The notes beneath the pieces were generated by a model. That model had not been told where the DNA came from. It was given only the letters and a program-made list of their open reading frames with translations, and did no database searches. This document shows, piece by piece, positions 12,708 to 24,200 of a DNA stretch of 59,702 bases (position 1 is its first letter; each line of letters begins with the position of its first letter). The position numbers and the translations under genes were made by a program. Origin of the DNA: Perkinsus chesapeaki ATCC PRA-425 (Eukaryota; Protista; Perkinsozoa); the NCBI GenBank assembly GCA_013115145.1, contig JAAPAO010000160.1, forward strand, positions 1 through 59,702. Reading direction: 5' to 3'.

Positions 12708-12806
12708 GCGGTATGGACTCCATACCCCATACCGCATTTCCCTCCATACCGCACGATGGAGCCCAGAGGTCTCCATACTATGGAGACCTCTGAGCTCCAT
12801 CGTGCG
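12708..12806. repeat. Near-perfect 57-bp palindrome (12750-12806) preceded by short CCATACC/GGTATGG repeats
   Basis: 28-bp arms with 1 mismatch and a 1-nt spacer. Confidence 0.9.
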
Positions 12807-13661
12807 CTGCTATGCCGGCACAGCAAGACAACGAGGAGGAGTTGACTGTATGGCAGCACCCTCCGATTTTCCTATTGATAACATCCGTTCCGTCAGTCAG
12901 TACGAATTGAAGAAAGTTTCACCAGGAACTCCCAAAGGGGCCCTTTGAGCTCACCCTGAGGGGTAAGCGTTGGTGGAAGTGATCTTATTATCATCATCAA
13001 CAGCATCGAGGAAAGTGGTTTCTCAACGGCTTTTCACTGTTTTATCTCTCAGGCCTGGCTAGCCCTATCAAGGTTCGAGCACGGCCACTGGCGGTGACCA
13101 TTTGTGCTGGACTCAGATAATATAAAGTCATCATAGAGTGACACGAATTGAGGGAATGCCCCCTTACTTAGTTTAAATGCCAACTCAATACTTGATTGCA
13201 CGGAGATTCGCACGGAAACGCAGTAATAGTTCAATAAACAAACATGCAGCACTTGACATTGAATAACCAGGGGAGACAGCTGACACAACTACTCTCCTCA
13301 AAAGTAAAAACGGCACAAGACGAGATGATCCTAGTTGAGCTTGGGAGCTGTCATACAGTTTGATCTGACTACAGACAAGACAGCCTAGAAGGGGGCACTA
13401 TAAAAGTACACCAGATAGAGGAATATACAACTCCGTCAAATTGCGGGTTATTATTGATAATCGTACGACCTATCAATCTAAAGATCCTCCTATAAGCTCA
13501 AGCTAGGAGATACAAACAGCAAGAATTGCTTTAAAGGAAAGAGTACCACACTAATAACTGTATATCGGTGATTAGAGAGTAAACAGGTAGCATAAGTCAT
13601 CGCTGAGAAAACCGAGGTATACGAGAGAGCTCTCAGAACGGGCTACAGGCTTTCTCCCAAT

Positions 13662-13767
13662 GTTCATTAAACCAATTCTGAGATTCAGAATCGATTCCAG
13701 CATCGCATTTTACGTGTTAAAAGCAGTTCTGGAATCGATTCTGAATTTCAAAATCGGTTTATTGAAC
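13662..13767. repeat. 106-bp hairpin / MITE-like inverted repeat
   Basis: 39-bp arms (gttcattaaacc...gaatcgattccag / ctggaatcgattc...ggtttattgaac) with 4 mismatches and a 28-nt spacer. Confidence 0.85.
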
Positions 13768-13979
13768 GATCCCTGTCAAACGAACGTTCATCAACGGAAG
13801 ATTTTGCGCGTGCACTAGCGCTCGCCATTGTAATCGATATATTTCCCGCGAAGCCCGCTTGCGTGGACATGTCAATCACCTGTTGCTCCTGTACACATTA
13901 GATAGGCGGTTTTGGTTGCTTTTATCTTGACCATAGTGTCGTCTGTAAAGGAATTGGTCTTATTAGTATGTTTTCTGGC

Positions 13980-14069
13980 GTCTTTACGGACTTAAGGCTT
14001 TGAGATCTTGAAGCTGAACTCAACAGCGTATCATTAAATAGTGGAGCCGGCCTGAAGCTTGAATTCAAT
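13980..14069 (-). repeat. 90-bp repeat, copy 2 (inverted partner of 12247-12336)
   Basis: See copy 1. Confidence 0.9.
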
Positions 14070-14278
14070 ATCGCCATGCCGTTGGGAACCTCCACGTTTG
14101 CTGCTATCAAAACCGGGGTCTGGGAATACGCCGGAGGATTAAGAGCTCTTGGTTTAATGGTGTTATATTATACCGTATGCAGAAGGATCTAAAATTAACC
14201 TATCGTGCATCTTTCTCGCTTCAAGCTTGGATATTTTTTAGTTTCTTTGCTGCCGCTGAACTCCTTTCCCTATTAACA

Positions 14279-16939
14279 ATGTTCAAAGGCCCCGTAGGAA
14301 TTCAATCACTTTTGAAGGACGGTACTCAAAGCTATGCTGGAGTAGACGAAGCCCTTTTGAAGAACATCGAGGCCAGCAAATACGTCTCCGAAATAACAAG
14401 GGTAAAATCGGCCCGGTCAATATAGCTGTATTTGGTCCCACCCTGTCAGACATCTTTGGGGCCATGCGGCACTAATAAACTGATTGTTAACCATATTAAC
14501 AAACACTTTGTAACCAGCGACACTGCTACCGTGCTTAAAGAGCTCGAGGTAGGATATTATTAAGCTTGTTATCCTCGGCAAACAACAGCCTATATCAGAT
14601 CTATCATCCAGCTGCCAAGCTTGTGGTGATGGCAGTTCAAGCTCAGGAGCAGGAATGTGGCGATGGTAAGTGTTATCGCTGCGCTGTAATGCTGCTGTTA
14701 TGACATCCCTCTTAGCCACGAATTTGGTGTCTATTATTACTGGTGAGCTGCTGGACAACGCAGAGCAGCTCCTGAAGCAAGGCATTCACGCCTCGGATAT
14801 CATCCGCGGTTACGAGATGGCTGGTAAGTCCCTCCTTGTTCTATCGTCCAGGGTAATGGACTTCCAGGCGATCACGTTGTGAAGTGCCTTAACGATAATA
14901 AAGATTTGGTGGCTTTTACTTTGGGCGACATGAAGAGCGTCGATCAAGTAAGCTGGGCTGCTAGTCATGACAATGACTTGCCCTCTTTAGTTGAGCACGA
15001 TCATAAAGCCCGTGTTGGGCGCAAAGCAGTATGGCCTCGAGGATACTCTGGTGGGTTCCGCTCCTCGATATCTTACCCGCACCGCCGCGCATCTTAGACT
15101 CGTCTCGTCGCTAAGGCATGCTGCTCGGTGATGCCAGAGGACCCTAAGAAGTTTAACATTGATAACATTCGGGTAGCCAAGTTGCCTGGCTGTGGCAATA
15201 TGTAAGCAGAAAAGGGTTAATGGATGCGCCAAACGTCGTCGTCTTCCTCCTTTAGCCACAACTCTTACGTCGTTGATGGTATGGTAACCACCAGAGATAC
15301 CATGGGCATCGAGAAGCACAAGAAAAACTGCAAGGTAGGAGGTGCCAGACAGACAGCGGTGGCCACGGTTCGAACACTGGAGTTGTTCGTCTGTGGCAGG
15401 TGGCTGTGTACGGATGTGGCCTTGAGATGACCGGCACCGAAACTCCTGGTACGGTGTTGCTCGAGTCGGGCAAGCAACTGATGGAGTTCGCCAAGGGGGA
15501 GGAGAAAAAGATGGAGGAATTTGTAATTTCGTGGCGAGTGACGATAAAGCCGCGGAGCTCGGGTTTGATAGGTTAAAAGCTTGGTGGACGCCGGGGTAGA
15601 GGCGGTCATCGTCGGAGGAGCTATTCAAGACATTGCTCTTCATTTCCTTAATAAATATCATATCCTCACGATCAAATGTACGCGCTTCAACCTAAGATAC
15701 CACTACCGCCGTCATTATTAGGCACCTCTAAATTCGAAATGCGTCGACTTTGCTGCACTCTCGGCGCCACCGGAATAGTCCGGCTCGGCGCTCCCCTTCC
15801 AGATGAGCTTGGATTCGCCGAAAGTATCGACGTCGAGGAGATTTCCAGCGCTAAGGTCGGCTGCTTGCCTCATCGTTTCCTTTGCATAGTCGCTCAGGTG
15901 ACTGTTGTCCGTGCCCCCGATTCGAAGGTCTCGACGATCGTCCTTCGAGGCGCCACTGCCAACTTCCTTGATGAGGTAATGTTACTGAGGTACTGGGGGG
16001 GGGACTGCCAAAGTGGTAGGTTGAGCGAGCAATTGATGATGCTGTTAACGTCGTCCGGTGCTGTGCTGTGAAGGGACAGAGAGAGTAAGATGCTCCCGCT
16101 GGGAATCGAACCTGTGCGGATTACGAGTATGCAGGTTTGTCGTTGGCGGCGGAGGATGCGAGGTTTCTCTCGGGCTCGATGTTGCCAAGTTCGGTCAGGA
16201 GTGCTCTGGTAAGTCGCCCACTTGCTAGTGTCATTAATGTCATCAAATCAGGTCTCGAGCAATACGCCGTCCTCAAGTTCGCCGAATCTTTGGAGGTAGT
16301 GGCCAATATCATTGCTGAGAATGCCGGTCTGAATGCAATGGATGCTGTCACCACGTACGTCACCTCTCAACCTGTGTGCGTATCTTCCTGTTCCAGGTTA
16401 AAGGCAGCACACGCCTCTGGTCAGACCAAGATGTGCATCGATGTTGATGCACCCAATCGTCGGGCCTCACCCATCTGTGATGCTGGTGAGATCGGATAGG
16501 GGTCTAAGTTGTAGAGGAATACCAATTTCATTTCAGCCTCTTTAGGAGCATTCTTCCCATCAAAGTGTTCCATGATTAATCTCCGCAGAACGAGGAGTAG
16601 CGAAATTCCTTGACAAGATTTATTGAGTATTTTCTCCGCGAATAGGAATATTATTTGTCCATTGTGTCTCCTAATGATCTTCGGTGAATCAAGTCTGCGT
16701 GAGACGACTGGATTTATCCCTTCTCTTTCGTGTCAGTTTCGAAGAGTGTCCTCGACCACCGCGGGATCAAATCCTGGGCGATCAGACTGGCCATCGATGC
16801 CGTCCTGACCATTCTCAGAATTCAGCACATCATTGTTGCCAAGCAAGCCGGTGCACCTCAGACCAAGGTACCCAATACATCACCACTCAACACAATATAG
16901 CATTGATCTTAGGGAACCCCTTATGTTGATGACGAGTAG
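14279..16939 (+). CDS. CCT8: T-complex protein 1 subunit theta, multi-exon
   Basis: GIQSLLKDGTQSYAGVDEALLKNIEA, TSLGPCGTNKLIVNHINKHFVTSDTATVLKELE, VERAIDDAVNVVRC, FVVGGGGCE, IKSWAIRLAIDAVLTILRIQHIIVAKQAG. Confidence 0.93.
16085..16134 (-). pseudogene. Antisense tRNA 3'-end relic in a CCT8 intron
   Basis: Reverse complement reads GCACAGGTTCGATTCCCAGCGGGAGCA. Confidence 0.55.
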
Positions 16940-17317
16940 GCGGAGGAGGATGATGGATACGTACTACTGCTACAACCATCTACAATACACCCCACCCAAC
17001 CGCTTAAGCTGTGGATGATGATGATTATGCCAACGTCGTCCGTAGCTGATAGACTAGCATTGAAATATCGTGTCTCGGGACTGTATAATATTGTGTTGAG
17101 TAGTAAATCAAATACTATTTGCAAGTAGTTCATTTTCAATATCCCTTGGCAGGCTGGGATTGGGAAAGTTAGGAGTTGGTTAAGACTGTAACTCCCTGGC
17201 AGCTTCGTGTACGATATATTACTATTAACACAAATCCTTGAGGTTATCGAACACAGTTTAAGTGTTGGATAGTGTTCAAATGGGAGGGGATACACCAATA
17301 GTGGTTACTCCAAAAAA

Positions 17318-20300
17318 CTAGAGCTCTTCTTCTTCATCATCATCCCTCGGTCGAGGCTGCCCAACACGATAACTAATAATCACATCAAGTGGCTAACAAC
17401 CCACTAACAGAATCTTACGGTAGTTGAGAGCCGCCGTTGATGACACCGTCCACGAAGGAATCGGCCGCATCGAACCCGCCCGCGTCGATGTCACTACTAG
17501 GAACCTTATATCGCCCACGCTTCGGTCGATACCTAATAATAACAACCAAACTATCAGCACAGGTGCATGAAGTGTTGCATACGCAAAAAGCCTGGTGTGT
17601 GCTGGTAAGTCAAACTGGTTAAGGAAGGCCGAGTCGTCCCAAACCCAGACGAAACGAACAGGATCGTTACGGTATCTATCAAAACGAGTGCTCAGTGGAT
17701 GATGGAGGGAGGAATTATGTTACTTCTCGGCGAGGCGTTTGCCGGTGGCCTTCCAGCCATCATCTGTAGCATCATGATGTTTAACAACGACCATGCAAAA
17801 CTTCCCATCAACATTTCGAGCCTGATAAGATTCTTCATACTGCGAAAAGATACGCCGAGTTGAGCGTATCTTACACATTCGCCTTGCTCCAACTTCTCTG
17901 GTGTGAGCTCCTTAAAAGATGACGATTTGCTTCTGGCGTGGGATGCTGGCAGATGAGACGAATCCAACATGGCAACCGTAGCTGCTGCTTACTTAAAACT
18001 CTGGTGAAGTATAATGATAGGACATCCTTCGACAGCGTGCTAGTAAGCTTGTCACCCTGCAAAAACAACAACATGAAGGAAGCAGACACTAGACTGCTGC
18101 AATCCGACCTCTAAAGTATCTTCATCAGTAATATGATAGACTGTAGGAAGCGAAGTAGCATTGATCTTCTTTGCAAGTTCACTGTTCAAATCCGCCGACA
18201 AAACCACACCAATACTAATACCTGAGAAACTACCTAATAGGCGACTTAGTCCCAGCATACTTTTTCTGAAGATCCTCGAATAGGCTTTGATCAGCGCTGG
18301 CATAGACTTCTTATCGCTCAACAGTAACACCTTCGCCCGGTCATCTGCCGATAGCCATCGCTTAAGTGACCTGATAAAAGCCACTGGAAGGGGGCCCCTT
18401 CTAGTGTGCATACTTATCCATATGAGATTGGCTTAATAAGGTGGCATGGCTCGGCATCTTATCTGAGACCCATCGTGACATCTGCTTGAAGTTACGCTTC
18501 TTTGAGGACGGGAACTCAATTGGTTTGTTTTCATCAGGCTCGCCGTACCTGATAGGTTGGCACCATCACCGATGCGACGAGTGAGTGATGCACTTGAAGT
18601 TGATACGAAGCGGGAAGGTGTCAGGGAGAAGTAGATTCGGCAAATGCTGAAATGTAACTCAGACCATCGTATAGTCCACCAGTCTCACTGTAGAATGGTT
18701 GGCTACGTCTACGCAATGTAATAAAACTACTGTCAGCGACAAAATCTAAAGTACCGAGAGATATACCTATCCAGAGCGTGCTCGACGATAGTACTCTGCA
18801 ATGCAGTAATATTAATACTGGCCTGACGAGTCAATACCAGAGTAATATGAAAAGGTATTTCATATTGCCCTCCACAATAGGAATGTTCGTTAAAACCACC
18901 GTGCCTGTCGTCGTCGTTGCCCCATAGTAGTACATTCGTATAGTAGGATACGCCTTTATTCCCGCCTCCTGGCAGATCTCTTGCTGTGCCGCACAGTTCA
19001 CTGCAGCAATCTGACAAGGAGCCATACAGCAACATGGCCAGGCAAGGAACGCGTCGATCATCTAATCGGCCCCCCCCCTCGAAACGAGTATCATCCGAGG
19101 CATCTTAGTAAGGCTAGGAGAAGCCCTGGGCTGTTACCGTGATAATGCCTTCATATGCATCGGCAAGCTTCTTATAGTCATTAACAACCTCCCTGAAAGT
19201 AATAAGGGGTAATTCTTGCGCGCCACGAAATTGCCTACTTGCAATGGGCACATCCCGGAGAATAAAAATTAACTACAACCGGTTCCTCACGCTCGCTCAC
19301 TGAAAGGAAAGACATAATTTCGTGGCGCAGTGAGAAATACTATTACCTAGGACTTCCCAGTTTGTATCCGATACCTCCAGCACTGAACCCTCATCGTAGA
19401 GATTCTGAAAGATACCAAATGAGGTCGAATGCAAAAGATACCTCTGCGCACCACGAAGAATTTTACCGAAGCTCTGTAATTTACCGAGAAAGCATCTAGT
19501 CCATCCCAAAGATATGTTTGAGGTTGATTGAAGAATACATGCGCCCCATTTTATAGATGATATTCAATATATGATATGCTACTTAACCGAGCAACTATAA
19601 TCGTAAAAAGGCACCTGTGCTTTCGCTACATTAGCTTTACCAAAGCGCATCTTAACTGGAAAACAGGATAGTCTTTTTTAAATTAGACCATAGTCTTATT
19701 ACCTTCGCTGGTTGTTGATGGTGCGCCCTCCTACCTCCTCCAGCACCCCCAAAACCACCAAACCCTCCGCTGCCTCCACCGAACCCACCAGAACCAAATT
19801 CAAAATGAAAACTACCGCCGCTGCCACCTGCCCCGCCTTGTCCGAAGAACGCACTGAACAACATATCCCTCCACGAAGGCAGCAGTTGTACTACTTGAAA
19901 ATATCTTCAGGTCTAACGTTGAAGCCGCCTCCCCCACCAGGACCTCCCGGGCCTCCTCCTGCACCTTGCTTTAAGCCTTCTTCGCCTGCAGAAATTACAC
20001 GTTGGGTAAATCCCTTCGCCAAGACACTACCGTATTGGTCGTAAATTTTCCGTTTTTCCGGGTCTGACAAGGCCTCGTAGGCCTCGGAGATATCGTAGAA
20101 CTTCTTCTCGGCTTCCTCTTTATTATCACTAACAACCCAAAGGTCCCCGGTTCGAATCCCCCTGGATGGTAATTACGCATTTTTATCAGGATGCCACTTT
20201 AAAGCAGCCTTCCTATACGCCGCCTTAATCTGGCTTTCGCTCGCTGTTTTGGGTATACCGAGTATCTGATTGGATCCCATCAAGTAACATCGGACACTAT

Positions 20301-20536
20301 TTTAGTGTAGTGTTGGTCCAGAGATATATGATATTCGCACGGAGTCAGCCACGATTTGCCCCTTGTTTCAAAGACCGAGATGGATAGAACGACAGAGGAG
20401 AACAATCGTAATGGTCGCGGGTCAACCTAAGATACGTCCAGGCCGATAGGGTCACCTTATAAAAGTCCTTTCCACACTGAACGAGGCCAATTAGTCCAAC
20501 ATATATTAATAGTAGTATATAACGCAGTATGAACAT
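17318..20536 (-). CDS. ER DnaJ + thioredoxin-domain protein (ERdj5/DNAJC16-like), multi-exon
   Basis: Signal peptide, J domain with HPD ([14 protein letters not shown]|[34 protein letters not shown]), G/F-rich linker, thioredoxin motif FYSPGCAHC, acidic C-terminus DDEEEEL. Confidence 0.8.
20129..20176 (+). pseudogene. tRNA 3'-half relic making up a DnaJ intron (antisense to the host mRNA)
   Basis: AACCCAAAGGTCCCCGGTTCGAATCCCCCTGGATGGT; removing the intron restores KN-A-DNK. Confidence 0.6.
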
Positions 20537-20695
20537 TCCACAAGGAATAAACAACTATCACAAAATTCAATAACAACAACAACGCAACCACAATGTTGCT
20601 GGTGAACGCAACCCAAATCGATCAGAATGGCGTGCGCTTTTGCAACGCGCTTGTTTGGCAAGTCGTCCTCTTAACATTACTACACACAGCAGCTA

Positions 20696-21200
20696 ATGGC
20701 GGCTCTTATGGCCTGTTCCCGTCGTCTACTTGCACCGTCCTCGAAGGGTCTCCTCTATCGTAGCGGTATTGGTCGTATGAGGGTAGCTGAGGATATAGTA
20801 TTCACTAAAAACAGATATACTAGAAGGGTAAGCATACCGACATAACCATCTTAAATGCCAATATCAGTATAATATGGCAACTGAAGACCGTATCAAGCTC
20901 CTCAACTGGAACGCCTTCTGCATCGCTATTACAGCTCTACCGGTCGCCTATGTGTAGGTTGGTACAAGTAATATGGTTTAATCGTTTGTTAGGTACTATT
21001 CTTGGTACGAGTCCTCTGAGGACACTGATATGATATATAGAACTATGGACCCTATGAAAGAGGTTAAGGCGGAGTATTATCTGCCATTGCTGAGAGGACA
21101 CTAGATAGTTGCTGTCATGATATAACCTATTTTTTGTTTTTTCTATCAGAAAGTTTTGCGTTGGGTAAACAGGAAAGGACGATTCAAGAAACTTGTATAA
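20696..21200 (+). CDS. Small hypothetical, probably mitochondrial, single-TM protein
   Basis: Spliced MAALMACSRRLLAPSSKGLL...RR|YNMATEDRIKLLNWNAFCIAITALPVAYV|YYSW...; Arg/Ser-rich N-terminus; last exon uncertain. Confidence 0.45.
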
Positions 21201-21279
21201 CCGAAAGATTCATCAGAGGTTGACATGAGGTCCCTTACTGATAAACTAGAATAGCGTTACAAAGGTGTTTTGAAGGCTA

Positions 21280-24200
21280 ATGGCACCTCCATTACCAGCT
21301 GCACTGTCTCCTACCATTCACGACACAACACCAACCGCTATACTCCAGCAAGATGGTGTGGTGAACTCCCATGCTCCACAGCAACATAACGGCCACACTC
21401 TGGACGATGACGACGACGGCCATTTAACAACTGGTAGACATTTCGTTTTAATAGACATCATCTTTGTGGGTAGTTCCAGGCGAGAGCCCCAGTAATGGTG
21501 GCCCACCAGGGTCTGAGCATTCCTCTACTAGTAGCCACCAATACGGAAGAGGAGGTCAGCAACAATCCAGCAGCTCTCGGGCAGCAGGCATTGCTGCAAC
21601 TGCTGCCATGGCACAGTCACCTCATGATGAATATATGAAAGGGGAAGATAGAACAAAGGCGAAGTGGGCTAAAATGGTAGGAAAGGATAAGTCAGGGTTG
21701 GATGATGATGCTGCTAGGGAGTTGTCTACTGAAACAGGAAGGAAATGCATACTAAATAGGAAATTAGCTAATAGGGAAGTAGTCAGTAGTACTGATGGTT
21801 ACACTAGTAACTATATACGCACCTTGGCCAGGACTAAGGGATCGGTATTACCCACATTGCTCGAAGAATTCTCCTCATCTAGGGTTTTTCGATCTTGGAA
21901 TTTTAAGGTCACATTAGTCTCCATGGGCTCAGCATATTCATAGTATAGTCCTTATTCATCTGCACGCATCATTTCACCGACATGTTCGCACTGGTACCAG
22001 ATTTATCGGAAAAATTAACTCCTCAGCGCGCGACATTCTTATCAACCACTTGTAGTCCCATGGAAAGTAAAGTTACCAATTCGGCAAATGGTTAGGATGT
22101 CCAGAAGAGGTTCAGCGTTAGAATCATTGCATACGCTCGCTTTGTGTTTGGGAGGTATGTCTAATTTGACGGATACCACACAAACCTCGGGGGGACTTAA
22201 TTCTTCCCAGTTAATACATTTCCTGCAGCGATTAAGTGAGGCACTTGGGGCCTTAATCGATTAGAGCAACCGGTAGGTATTCAAGCGCCGAGAAGGAAAT
22301 GTCTTGAGAATTTCCTCCCCCTACCAAGGCGGTAATAAGCATACATTTGCTCAGGTGAAACGGGGTATCAGTAACTTCATCCGAGAACAACCGGAGAAGT
22401 TCCACCGACGAGCTCGACGGGGCATCCCTGCTGAATATCGATGGACTGTTTGGAAGGCATGCGTCTCCCACGATGAGAGATTCGTCCGGAATGTGTATTG
22501 GAAGCTAACAGGCTTGGGATCGGAGAACGAGCAGTGGGGGAGGGCTATCAAGATTGATGTAAGCGGTTTAACGGTTGGTTGTATGGTTAGACTTAATAGA
22601 ACCGCCTTGGGGAACCAGTCTTTGCTTCTTCATTCATTGTCGTGAGGGTGGTGCCAATACAAAGATATGAGGTTACAAAAAAGAGAAAATGTTAAGAGTG
22701 AGAAATAGATTTTTGGAGGAAACATCGTCCTTCAGGCCATTCGTATACTTTTACTTCAGGTGCCGCGGACGTTCCCACGAGACCAGGCCGCCAGGACCGG
22801 CTCGCAGCTTTCCGAGGTACTACTGTCCGACTCGGTACAGGGTTGTGGAAATTTCAGAAATTTCAGAAATTTCCGCTTCAGAATTTTCCGGACATGAAAT
22901 GCAACCAATGGAAATTTCACATAATTGAGGAAATTTTGAGAAAAAGACAAATGAACATGTAACGAACCTGTCCTGGGTATTACCCAGTGGGTAATGTGAG
23001 GGCGTACAGAATCTTTGGGATAGACACTGACGGGCTTTAATGAATGAAATTCCGGAGCTAAGGATTAGCAAGTTGCTTGCCAGCACCCAAAAGGCCAATC
23101 GATCAAAATAGCACGCGCGACATATGAAACCGTTTCATTGAATGAAAAGTACCATGATGCGTATCCCTTAGCCCCCCCCCCCTCATAGTTCTATTCACGT
23201 TAACGTTGGTTGGTGAACCGACCGCCCTAGCACGCGTGACTAGAGTCTAGTTTACTCTCTTCATCATATGCCAAGGAGACCCGTGTCCTGGCGAACAGTG
23301 ATGTGTGATGAGAGTAGCCAGGCACCACTGTGCCCCACAGTCGCAGAAAGTTTGTGCCACAAACTCTGTGCGCTCCAAAACGTCGGTCTCCTAGCGATAA
23401 TTTTGGCCCTTATTTGTCCCCAGCTGGGGAACACAAAAACATTCGTATTATACAACTCGTATAGGCTATTCTGTTTTCGTATCTTGATATGAAAAGGATA
23501 TTACATTAGGATACGGGAACCATATAGCCGTTGTAAGTGTTGGTCCAACACTGTTGGCTGATGTCAGTGGTATAAGACAACGCTTACCGTTCTCGACTCG
23601 GCAGGCGATGATATCAAGCTCACTCAATATTATCGAGCGGAAACTGAGCAAGTTGGAACACCGCCGCTTGCCGGCGGAGCGGAAAAAATCAGTTTTCCTT
23701 GTGTGAAACGGTTTTCATGGAAATTTCCATGTGAAATTTCAATGTCAGAAATGGCTTTACGATTTCCATGAAATCGACAACCCTGACTCGGTATGGGCTA
23801 TCGAGGGGGACTTCGCTCACTTCAGGCCCACCTGAAGTCGCTGTATCGAATACTGGTCGCCTACGCCAATCTCAATCCTGATGTTGGCTACTGCCAGGGG
23901 ATGAACTTTGTTGCTGGCCTACTATTGCTGGTAACATCACCCGAGTTCGATCCCTGGTAGATGCATTTCTGACTAGGTTGCCTGTCCCGATACTAACACT
24001 CCCCCATCTTCAGTTGAAGAGGTACTAACGCGCCGAGAGTTTGTGTGATGATCTTAATCTGGACAGGAGGAAGTGTTTTGGGTCTTTGTGTGCCTTATGG
24101 AATACGATGGTCTCGCTGGCTTCTATCGGGAGAACTTCCCCTTGCTCGGTAAGATGCTATTCAGCTGCATAGATCTCCTCGGCCGCTCGCTCTTCTGTTG

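Noticed and set aside
17460-17490. GGTTCGA motifs at about 17477 and 5078
   Set aside because: Both are in coding exons (AGGFDAA; VGGSNRG) with no tRNA context.
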